Source: Bacteroidales bacterium
GTDB taxonomy: Bacteria > Bacteroidota > Bacteroidia > Bacteroidales > UBA12077
Direction: 5' to 3'
Length of the DNA: 57,905 bases
Assembly (NCBI GenBank): GCA_028282585.1
Contig: JANQHR010000151.1
Span: 1-57,905, forward strand
The first letter of the stretch is position 1. The number at the start of each line of letters is the position of its first letter. The notes below the pieces were generated by a model. It searched no databases. It was given only the letters and a program-made list of their open reading frames with translations, and was not told the DNA's origin. Made by a program: the position numbers and the translations under genes. This document shows positions 38,847 to 47,013 of this stretch, piece by piece.

Positions 38847-40238
38847 TTAAGATCTCATGGTTTCTTCAATTTCTTCAACAGTAATTGGAATTCGTTTCCC
38901 AAGCATCTGGTAACCTGTTTCAGTTACTAGAATATCATCTTCTAACCGGATTCCTCCAAATGTGGCATACTCATCAAGTACTTTATCAAAATTGATGAAA
39001 TCTGCATTTATTTTTTCAGTTTTCCATTTTTTAACCAAATCAGGAATGAAATAAATTCCTGGCTCTGTAGTTAAAACAAATCCCTCCTGTAATTTACGTC
39101 CCAATCGTAAGCCGCGCAATCCAAACTGCGTTGCTCGTTTAATTTCATCATCATACCCAACATAATCTTCTCCCAGATTTTCCATGTCATGTACATCTAA
39201 TCCCATCATATGACCTAATCCATGAGGCATAAACATTGCATGAGCTCCTTCACGAACTGCATCCTCTGGGTTTCCTTTCATTATACCAAGGTTTGTTAAG
39301 CCTTCAGCTAAAATTTTTGCAGATTCAAGGTGAATATCGCGGTAAGCAATGCCAGGCTTAATTAAAGTAATTGAATGGTCGAGAGCTTTTAAAACAATGT
39401 TGTAAACATCTTTTTGTTTTTGTGAAAATTTTCCTCCAACCGGAACCGTCCTTGTATTATCGCTAGCATAATGCATATTAGTTTCAGCACCAGTATCTGT
39501 AAGCATTAATCTTCCTTCCTGTAGCATATTACTATGATCGTGGTTATGAAGAGTTTCTCCGTTTTGCGACAAAATTATTGGGAAAGACAACATGGAACCA
39601 TGAGCCAACGCAATTCCTTCAACAGTACCGGCAATTTCTTGTTCATAGATACCAGGTTTTGCCATTTTCATAGCGGTAGTATGCATTTTATACCCAATTG
39701 CTGAAGCTTTAATTAATTCTTCAATTTCATATTGATCCTTGATTGATCTTAAATCGACTACAGCTTTTATTAACTCAATAGAAACGAAATCTTCTACTTC
39801 CGAATGATTGATCTCAAGTAAATTACTGAACTGAATAATTGAATCACCTCGATAGAAAGGTAATACATGAATATTTCTATCTTGTGCTTTCGCATTTAAT
39901 AAATAATTTTTAAGCTGATCAAGAGGTTCTGTATTTTCAACTCCAATATCATTTGCTAGTTCCTTGGTGCTTGGTTGAGGCCCCATCCAAATAATATCAT
40001 CAATACTAAAGTCATTTCCAAATAAATATTCTTTACCCGAATCCAAGTCAATTATTCCTGCAAGGTTTGGTAAATCAAGCCCAAAGAAATAAAGGAAAGA
40101 ACTATCCTGACGAAAATGATAAGTATTATCCGGATAATTAAATGCAGCTTCTTTGTTTCCTAAAAATAAAACTAGGCCGCTCTTTAATTTTTCTTTCAGT
40201 TTTCTTCTGCGTTCTATATAAACATCTTTCTTAAACAT
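38847..40238 (-). CDS. pepP: Xaa-Pro aminopeptidase (M24B), second paralog
   Basis: FRQDSSFLYFFG, LHNH, LTDTGAE..YASD.TRT, PHGLGHMMGLDVHD, TEPGIYF, GGIRLEDD. Confidence 0.92.
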   Translation of the reverse strand: MFKKDVYIERRRKLKEKLKSGLVLFLGNKEAAFNYPDNTYHFRQDSSFLYFFGLDLPNLAGIIDLDSGKEYLFGNDFSIDDIIWMGPQPSTKELANDIGVENTEPLDQLKNYLLNAKAQDRNIHVLPFYRGDSIIQFSNLLEINHSEVEDFVSIELIKAVVDLRSIKDQYEIEELIKASAIGYKMHTTAMKMAKPGIYEQEIAGTVEGIALAHGSMLSFPIILSQNGETLHNHDHSNMLQEGRLMLTDTGAETNMHYASDNTRTVPVGGKFSQKQKDVYNIVLKALDHSITLIKPGIAYRDIHLESAKILAEGLTNLGIMKGNPEDAVREGAHAMFMPHGLGHMMGLDVHDMENLGEDYVGYDDEIKRATQFGLRGLRLGRKLQEGFVLTTEPGIYFIPDLVKKWKTEKINADFINFDKVLDEYATFGGIRLEDDILVTETGYQMLGKRIPITVEEIEETMRS

Positions 40239-40416
40239 AATATATCGATTTATTTGATAATTAACACTTCAAAATTTAGGCGAAACTAAATTACTAATTC
40301 CAGAAAAACAAAGGACTAAAAATTTTGAATAATAAAAAATAAATTGATAAAAATTATCACCAAAAAAAATTAACACAAAGTTCATATACCAACCAAAGGT
40401 TATAAAAATAATGCTG

Positions 40417-40432
40417 TATTCCACGTGGAATA
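40417..40432. other. Candidate parS centromere site
   Basis: Perfect 16-bp palindrome TATTCCACGTGGAATA, 14/16 identical to the parS variant TGTTCCACGTGGAACA; intergenic. Confidence 0.55.
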
Positions 40433-40506
40433 ATGGTTTCACAATTCGATTATTTAACAGATTATGAATCAGGAAGAATTAACATAAAATTAAATTGCGA
40501 ATACAC

Positions 40507-40562
40507 TTGCAAATGTTAATTAAAATGTTATATTCGCACTTTATTAACATATTGTTAATAAA
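40507..40562 (+). promoter_or_regulatory. Promoter plus downstream 10-bp-arm palindrome
   Basis: TTG (40507), 19-nt spacer, TATATTCG (40529-36), then TTTATTAACA-tat-TGTTAATAAA (40540-62). Confidence 0.45.
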
Positions 40563-40582
40563 TCATCTTAATAAAACGAATT

Positions 40583-41320
40583 ATGCCTTACAGAAGATTA
40601 CCTAACACCGATAGCTCCAGGCTAAAGGCACTTCATAGTGCATTAGAAAAAGGGAAAGATTTAACTCCTATGGATTTAGCTTTTAAACAGGGTACTTTCC
40701 AAAAGGTAAGGTCATTTTTGCCGAAATGGGAAAAAGCTATAACAGAGCACAAAAACACCTATGATATTCAGATAAAAAATAACAAGGAGTATCAAAAGAA
40801 ACTAAAGAAAGCAAAACTTTATATCTCACATTTTATTCAAGTGGTAAATATGGCTATAGTTCGCGGTGAGATTCAGCCATCTGTAAGGACTTATTTTGGT
40901 ATAGAAGAAGAAAATAGTAAATTACCATCATTAAATACAGAGGCAGACGTAATTGAATGGGGCAAAAAATTAATTGAAGGAGAAACTCAACGAAAGTTAA
41001 AAGGACATACACCTGTGACAAATCCAACAATTGCTGTTGTTCGTGTTCATTATGATAATTTTATGGAAGCATATAAATTCCAGAAAACTTTACAAAAAAA
41101 TCACGCTAGAGCATTAAGCAACTTGGCTGATTTAAGAGACGAAGCAGATGATATAATTTTAAATGTGTGGAATGAAGTGGAAGAAACGTATAACGATTTA
41201 CCAGAAGATTTAAAAAGAGAAAAATCTCAGGAATATGGTTTAGTTTATGTTTATAGAAAAAACGAGATTGGTCGTATTAGTCTGTTTAAAGATAATGAAC
41301 AACGAATTCTTAATTTATAG
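40583..41320 (+). CDS. Conserved Bacteroidales hypothetical protein (MPYRRLPNTD N-terminus)
   Basis: 245-aa helical, basic ORF with a recognisable MPYRRLPNTD..RL.AL start and YG.VY.YR end; function unknown. Confidence 0.8.
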   Translation: MPYRRLPNTDSSRLKALHSALEKGKDLTPMDLAFKQGTFQKVRSFLPKWEKAITEHKNTYDIQIKNNKEYQKKLKKAKLYISHFIQVVNMAIVRGEIQPSVRTYFGIEEENSKLPSLNTEADVIEWGKKLIEGETQRKLKGHTPVTNPTIAVVRVHYDNFMEAYKFQKTLQKNHARALSNLADLRDEADDIILNVWNEVEETYNDLPEDLKREKSQEYGLVYVYRKNEIGRISLFKDNEQRILNL

Positions 41321-42229
41321 TTAAAAAGCCTTACTTTTTTTATAAAATAGATTTAACAAGGGTAAAACTAACAAAACACCAATTACTAAGTAAATAACAA
41401 TACTTGAACCAACACTTATACCTTCAATATTATTTGTTAAAGAATCTCCATAAAAATAATACAATAGTATTGCCATTGTATTGTTAACAAAGTGCCCAAT
41501 AATAGGAATCCAGATAGATCCACTCCAGTAAAAAAGATAACCAAGTAATATACCTAAAACCATTCTGGGAAGGAATCCATAAAATTGCATATGAAGGGCA
41601 CTAAACAAAATTGCAGCGATGATAATTCCTAAATGAATATTTTTGGCCCATTCGGCAAATAATCGTTGTAAAACTCCTCTAAAAATTAATTCTTCTCCAA
41701 GCGAAGGTAATACTCCAATCATAATAATATTAAAAACAAGATTTCCCAAATTATCCATTTTCAAAAAGGCTTTTGTAAGTTCCGCAGCATTTGTTTCTTG
41801 CTCAATCATCCACTTTTCAAGCCCACTTAACCAATCTGGAAGCTGCATAGATTCATTTAATATTGCCAGCGAATTTATCAAAGGAATCGATGCTATAAAT
41901 ATGAAAATTGTTAAAATAACTAGATTTTTTTTGGTGATCATAAACCTTAAATAAACTAAAGATCTATTGTGAAAAACGTATCCAATAATAAATGCAGGTA
42001 CAATAAAAAGTCCTATGGATTGAATAATTTGTAAATATTTTAAAAATCGAAGAGTAACAGGATCATCATAATTGGTTGCAAGATTTGTAAAATCTGATAG
42101 ATTAATTTGGAAAATAGGAATAGCGAATAAAATTCCTATCAAAATAATAACTAAAAAACTTACTAGAATGATGAAAACCGAAAATACGATTTTTGAAAAT
42201 GGGTGTGAATCAGATAATGAATTTCTCAT
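41321..42229 (-). CDS. CPBP/Abi family intramembrane metalloprotease
   Basis: GEELIFRGVLQ, FSALH.QFYGF, H.VNN motifs; multi-TM. Confidence 0.9.
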   Translation of the reverse strand: MRNSLSDSHPFSKIVFSVFIILVSFLVIILIGILFAIPIFQINLSDFTNLATNYDDPVTLRFLKYLQIIQSIGLFIVPAFIIGYVFHNRSLVYLRFMITKKNLVILTIFIFIASIPLINSLAILNESMQLPDWLSGLEKWMIEQETNAAELTKAFLKMDNLGNLVFNIIMIGVLPSLGEELIFRGVLQRLFAEWAKNIHLGIIIAAILFSALHMQFYGFLPRMVLGILLGYLFYWSGSIWIPIIGHFVNNTMAILLYYFYGDSLTNNIEGISVGSSIVIYLVIGVLLVLPLLNLFYKKSKAF

Positions 42230-42255
42230 TTTAAAACGATTAATTATAAATTATA

Positions 42256-42263
42256 TAAATTTG
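42256..42263 (+). promoter_or_regulatory. -7 promoter element (TAAATTTG) starting a long dusB leader
   Basis: Exact TAnnTTTG about 185 nt before the dusB TTG; the structured region begins just downstream. Confidence 0.55.
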
Positions 42264-42266
42264 CGC

Positions 42267-42446
42267 CTAACCTGATTAATTCATAAATTTTACGAATTAA
42301 TCTTATAACGGAGAAATAATAAATAGTTTATTGATTTTATCATTTATTATTTCTTGTTAAGGTTAGCCTGTACTATTCATAAAATATTGAGAATATAATT
42401 ATGTTTATGAAAACGTCAGGCTAAATTTAATCAATAAATCGACGAG
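42267..42446 (+). ncRNA. Candidate structured cis-regulatory leader of dusB
   Basis: Four stems plus a 10-bp loop-to-initiation-region pseudoknot (see findings). Confidence 0.5.
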
Positions 42447-43472
42447 TTGGTAAAGATAGGAAATATTGAGTTAGGTGAGAAACCATTGTTTTTAGCACCA
42501 ATGGAAGATGTAACAGATCCTTCATTTCGTTATATGTGTAAGCATTTTGGAGCTGATGCGGTTTACACAGAGTTTGTTGCTTCGGAAGGATTAATTCGAG
42601 ACTGTAAAAAAAGTTTTAAAAAGCTACAATTATTTGATTTTGAAAGACCTGCAGCAATCCAATTGTATGGACATCAAATTGAATCGATGATTCAGGCAGC
42701 GAAAATGGCAGAAGAGGCAAAACCTGATTTTATTGATCTAAACTTTGGATGTCCTGTTCGAAAGATTGCTACACGAGGTGCAGGGGCAGGAATGCTTCAG
42801 AATATTCCTTTAATGCTGGAAATGACTAAAGCTATTGTAGATGCTGTAAAATTACCGGTAACAGTTAAGACAAGATTGGGTTGGGATAATGATAGCAAAG
42901 TTATAGTTGAATTGGCAGAAAAACTACAGGATCAGGGAATTAAAGCACTTGCAATTCATGGTCGTACTCGGCAGCAAATGTATAAAGGAGATGCAGATTG
43001 GACATTGATCGGAGAGGTAAAAAACAATCCGAGAATGAAAATACCAATCATTGGAAATGGAGATATTAACGGTGCTGAATCTGCAAAAAATGCCTTTGAC
43101 AAGTATGGGGTTGATAGTATTATGATTGGACGTGCTACTGTTGGCAGGCCATGGATATTTAAAGAAATAAAGGATTATCTTGAGAAAGGTGAAATAATGA
43201 AGCCTTTAACTATAAAAGAGAAAGTTGATTTAGCTAAACTACATTTGGAAAAATCTATTGAATGGAAAGGAGAACCTCGGGGAATTTTTGAAATCAGACG
43301 TCATCTTTCAAATTACTTTAAAGGATTGCCAAATTTTAAAGAAACCAGAATGAAATTGGTTACTTTATTAGATGTTCCTGATTTATTTAAAACCTTAGAT
43401 GGAATCTCAAAAGAATATGGGCAGATGGATGATAGCCAACAGGCCGATGATTATTCTTACTTTCAATATTAG
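42447..43472 (+). CDS. dusB: tRNA dihydrouridine synthase B
   Basis: FLAPMEDVTD, IDLNFGCPV, VTVKTRLGW, AIHGRTR.QMY.G.ADW, IGNGDI, MIGRA; TTG start. Confidence 0.95.
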   Translation: MVKIGNIELGEKPLFLAPMEDVTDPSFRYMCKHFGADAVYTEFVASEGLIRDCKKSFKKLQLFDFERPAAIQLYGHQIESMIQAAKMAEEAKPDFIDLNFGCPVRKIATRGAGAGMLQNIPLMLEMTKAIVDAVKLPVTVKTRLGWDNDSKVIVELAEKLQDQGIKALAIHGRTRQQMYKGDADWTLIGEVKNNPRMKIPIIGNGDINGAESAKNAFDKYGVDSIMIGRATVGRPWIFKEIKDYLEKGEIMKPLTIKEKVDLAKLHLEKSIEWKGEPRGIFEIRRHLSNYFKGLPNFKETRMKLVTLLDVPDLFKTLDGISKEYGQMDDSQQADDYSYFQY

Positions 43473-43523
43473 ATTTTAATTCATTTCTTGTATCTTGTAA
43501 GGGTTTTACTAAAAAACTAGGCA

Positions 43524-44249
43524 ATGAAACGTATTTTAATTTTTACACTGGTAATATTTATTAGCTACTTTGCTAATGCTGGATTTAATTCTAATCAGAA
43601 TGATATGATTAAATTACCAGAGCCAAAGCTAAAAAGTTCAGTGTCCGTTGAAGAAGCAATGTTAAACAGAAGGTCCATCCGGGATTTTAAATCCGATGCT
43701 CTAAGTCTTCAACAAGTTTCCCAGGTTTTATGGGCTGCTTATGGAGTTACAAAGGAAATGACCACTCCTTCCTTTTTAAGAGGTGGATTAAAAACAGCAC
43801 CATCAGCAGGTGCATTATATCCATTAGAAATTTATGTTGTTGTAGGAAATGTAAAAGGGCTTGAAAAAGGAATTTATAAGTACCTACCTGAAGGGCATTT
43901 TTTAATGAAAATATATGATCAGGATGTTAGAAAAGAACTTGCTGAAGCTGCTTTAAATCAGGAGTTTATTGAAAAGGCACCCATTAGCTTATTCTATTCA
44001 GCAGTTTTTTCCCGTACTACAAAAAAATATAAAAGCAGAGGACGTGAAAGATACGTTTGTATGGATCTCGGACATTCTGCAGAGAATGTTTGTTTGCAGG
44101 TGGTTGCAATGGGATTGGGTACTTGTACAGTTGGTGCATTCGAAGACAGAATGGTAAACAATGTTATGATGCTCCCTGATGAAGAAGAACCTTTGTATAT
44201 CATGCCTATTGGATATCCTGCTGGCGGAAGTATTTTTAAAAGCAGATAA
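43524..44249 (+). CDS. SagB/ThcOx-like nitroreductase-family protein with signal peptide
   Basis: IKLPEP, RRSIR.F, KTAPSAGALYPLEIY, D.GH.AENV.L...A.GLGTC.VGAF. Confidence 0.85.
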   Translation: MKRILIFTLVIFISYFANAGFNSNQNDMIKLPEPKLKSSVSVEEAMLNRRSIRDFKSDALSLQQVSQVLWAAYGVTKEMTTPSFLRGGLKTAPSAGALYPLEIYVVVGNVKGLEKGIYKYLPEGHFLMKIYDQDVRKELAEAALNQEFIEKAPISLFYSAVFSRTTKKYKSRGRERYVCMDLGHSAENVCLQVVAMGLGTCTVGAFEDRMVNNVMMLPDEEEPLYIMPIGYPAGGSIFKSR

Positions 44250-44677
44250 AGTATTTTTGAAACTTTTAAAGGAATCTACACCTGAAACTTACATTCACTT
44301 TTTAGAAATTATAAGTGAGGATGATCGGTTTGGTTTACCAGTTGCGAAGCGATATTTGATGAAAACAAGAATAATAGTGCAAGCTTTAGAGACTTTACGG
44401 CTCAATTCTGCTGCTATTCTTTAATTTTATCCACGGAATTGTCAGATAACAAAAGGTAATTTTATTAGAACCATCTTTTCATTTAGAAGGAGTTTATGTA
44501 TTTGAATTACGAATATATCATTTAGTTCCTATTTTTTTAGTGGCATCATACTTCGAAGATTATCATACATCTTTAGGCTTAAGTATTGTCTTGGATTTTA
44601 AAATTAATACACTTAATGCTATTTTATATAGCATATCATTTTATGTTAAAAGTCATGATTTTTAACCTGAAAAGCCA

Positions 44678-44685
44678 TAATTTTG
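44678..44685 (+). promoter_or_regulatory. -7 promoter element (TAATTTTG) of the mut operon
   Basis: Exact TAnnTTTG 28 nt before the mutA ATG. Confidence 0.55.
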
Positions 44686-44713
44686 TGCAAAATTTCAATT
44701 TTTATAATTTGTT

Positions 44714-46576
44714 ATGGCAGACAAAACAAAACAAAAACTGTTTGAAGAATTTCCTTCTATCTCGACGCAAGAGTGGAAGGATAAGGTCATTACTGACTTA
44801 AAAGGTGCAGATTTCGAAAGAAAACTGGTTTGGAGAACTATTGAAGGATTCAATGTTCAGCCTTACTATCGTGCTGAGGACCTTGAGAAACTGAACCACC
44901 TAAAATACGTACCTGGAGAATTCCCTTATGTACGTGGAAATAAAGCAAAATGCAATTGTTGGTATATTCGTCAGAATATTAATGCGAACGATGCAAAAGT
45001 AGCTAACGAAAAAGCATTGGATGTTTTAATGAAAGGTGTTGATTCTTTAGGTTTTGAAACTTGCTGCAAAGATGAGTTTTCAAAAGAAGAATTTGAAACA
45101 CTTTTAAAAGATATTAGCATTGCAGACATCGAATTAAACATTACCGATGCTACTGCTGCTCATCCTTTTGTTGATTTCTTAAAAGCTAAGATTGAAGCAG
45201 AAAATATCGATAAAAATGAAATCAAAGGATCGGTTAATTTTGACCCGTTGTTTCATTTAACAACAAACGGTAATTTCTGTAAAGCTCAAACTGAAGTTTT
45301 TGATACGGCAAAGGAATTAATCGAAAAAGCAAAAGATTTACCTAAGTTCAGAACCATAGGTATAAACGGTGAAATGTTTACAAATGCAGGGGCAACAATT
45401 GTTCAGGAATTAGCATTTGCTTTGGCAATGGGTAATCAGTATTTAAATCTTTTAACAGAAAAAGGGTTAGATGTTGACACAATCGCTGAAAACATGAAAT
45501 TCAACTTTGGCGTTAGTTCAAACTATTTTATGGAAATAGCTAAATTCAGAGCGGCTCGTATGTTATGGGCAAAAATAGTTGAAGCGTATAAACCAAATAA
45601 TTTAGAAGTAGCTAAAATGAATATTCATGCTGCAACTTCTAAATTTAACCAAACTATTTACGATCCTTATGTAAATATGCTTCGTGGAACAACAGAATCT
45701 ATGTCGGCAACTATTGCTGGAGTTGATTCATTAACTGTTACTCCATTTAATAAAGCATTTGAAACGGAAACAGAATTTTCTGACCGTATTGCTCGTAATA
45801 CTCAAATCTTGTTAAAAGAAGAATCTTACTTTGATAAAATAACTGATCCGGCAGGTGGATCTTACTATATTGAAAACTTAACAAACTCAATCGCAGAGCA
45901 TGCTTGGAAGTTATTCCAGGATGTCGAAGCTAAAGGTGGTTATGTTGAGGCTTTCAAAGCTGGATTTATCCAAGATCAGGTTACTGAATCTGCAAATAAA
46001 AGAATGTTGAATGTTGCTACTCGTAAAGAGATTTTATTAGGGACAAACCAATATCCAAATGCGCTTGAAAAGATTGAAGTTAACATTGAAGAATCTTGCT
46101 GTTTTTCAACAAAAAGAGATGATGCTATTGCAGAACCAATTAAAATTTTTAGAGCTGCAGAACAAATGGAATCATTGCGTTTAAGAACTGAAAAGGCTTC
46201 AACTACTCCAAAAGTTTTCTTATTAACGATTGGTGATTTAACTATGCGGAAGGCTAGAGCAGGATTTGCTTCAGGTTTCTTTGCTTGTGCTGGTTTCGAA
46301 GTAATCGATAATTTAGGTTTCAAATCTGTTGAAGAAGGTGTAAAAACTGCAATGGATCAAAATGCAAACATCGTTGTTGTTTGTAGTTCAGATGATGAAT
46401 ATACAGAAGCTGCTCCTGCTGCATTAGAGCAATTAGGAGATAAAGCTATCACTGTTGTTGCAGGTTATCCAAAAAGCGTTGATGAATTAAAAGCTAAAGG
46501 ATTAAAGCATTTTATTCACGTGAAATCAAACTTAATTGAAACATTAGAAAGTTTTCAAAACGAGTTGGGAATTTAA
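44714..46576 (+). CDS. mutA: Methylmalonyl-CoA mutase small subunit
   Basis: LFEEFP..ST.EW, DLKGADFERKLVW, EIAKFRAAR.LW, DPYVNMLR, DPAGGSYYIE, CSSDDEY; lacks the DxH cobalamin motif. Confidence 0.95.
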   Translation: MADKTKQKLFEEFPSISTQEWKDKVITDLKGADFERKLVWRTIEGFNVQPYYRAEDLEKLNHLKYVPGEFPYVRGNKAKCNCWYIRQNINANDAKVANEKALDVLMKGVDSLGFETCCKDEFSKEEFETLLKDISIADIELNITDATAAHPFVDFLKAKIEAENIDKNEIKGSVNFDPLFHLTTNGNFCKAQTEVFDTAKELIEKAKDLPKFRTIGINGEMFTNAGATIVQELAFALAMGNQYLNLLTEKGLDVDTIAENMKFNFGVSSNYFMEIAKFRAARMLWAKIVEAYKPNNLEVAKMNIHAATSKFNQTIYDPYVNMLRGTTESMSATIAGVDSLTVTPFNKAFETETEFSDRIARNTQILLKEESYFDKITDPAGGSYYIENLTNSIAEHAWKLFQDVEAKGGYVEAFKAGFIQDQVTESANKRMLNVATRKEILLGTNQYPNALEKIEVNIEESCCFSTKRDDAIAEPIKIFRAAEQMESLRLRTEKASTTPKVFLLTIGDLTMRKARAGFASGFFACAGFEVIDNLGFKSVEEGVKTAMDQNANIVVVCSSDDEYTEAAPAALEQLGDKAITVVAGYPKSVDELKAKGLKHFIHVKSNLIETLESFQNELGI

Positions 46577-46581
46577 ATATA

Positions 46582-47007
46582 TAGATTTTAGATTTTAAGA
46601 TATTACATTCAAGACTAACGAGATGCATAATTTTAAAGAACTTATTATCTGGCAAAAAGCACGAACACTTGTAAAAGATGTTTACGTTGCTGTAAAGTCA
46701 TTCCCGGATGATGAGAAATTTGGAATTATATCTCAAGTAAAAAGAGCAAGTGTTTCAATTCCTGCTAATATTGCAGAAGGAGCTGGGCGAAATAGCGATA
46801 AAGATTTTGGAAGATTTCTTGATATTGCAAATGGTTCAAGTTACGAATTAGAAACTTTAATTATTTTTTCTTTTGATTTAGAATATCTTAACAAATCTGA
46901 ATTTGACATTATAATAGATAAAATTAAAGAAGTTCAAAAAATGATTTATAGCTTCAGAAACAAGATAAAAAAATCTTGATACTTGATACTATCAGTCTAA
47001 AAATCTA
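46582..47007. mobile_element. Four-helix-bundle gene cassette bounded by imperfect heptamer-periodic inverted arms
   Basis: Left TAGATTTTAGATTTTAAGATATTACATTCAAGA; right TCTTGATACTTGATACTATCAGTCTAAAAATCTA; interrupts mutA-mutB. Confidence 0.5.
46623..46979 (+). CDS. Four helix bundle protein (23S rRNA-IVS protein / Avd-like family)
   Basis: F.EL.IWQKA..L...VY....FP..EKFG..SQ..RASVSIPANIAEG.GR, F..FL.IA.GS..ELET. Confidence 0.92.
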   Translation: MHNFKELIIWQKARTLVKDVYVAVKSFPDDEKFGIISQVKRASVSIPANIAEGAGRNSDKDFGRFLDIANGSSYELETLIIFSFDLEYLNKSEFDIIIDKIKEVQKMIYSFRNKIKKS

Positions 47008-47013
47008 GAAAAA

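Noticed and set aside
42360-42369. AGGTTAGCCT resembling a DtxR box core
   Set aside because: The flanks do not fit, and the bases are better explained as P1/P4 strands of the dusB leader.
43524-44249. SagB-like gene as azole RiPP cluster
   Set aside because: No YcaO, precursor or transporter; stand-alone nitroreductase-fold genes are common.
44179-44713. 81-aa ORF, possible pseudogene or cobalamin riboswitch before mutA
   Set aside because: No recognisable protein in the frames I read, no B12-box motifs, and the -7 box lies only 28 nt from mutA.
46511-46526. TTCACGTGAA parS core inside mutA
   Set aside because: Only 12/16 match and explained by FIHVKS codons.
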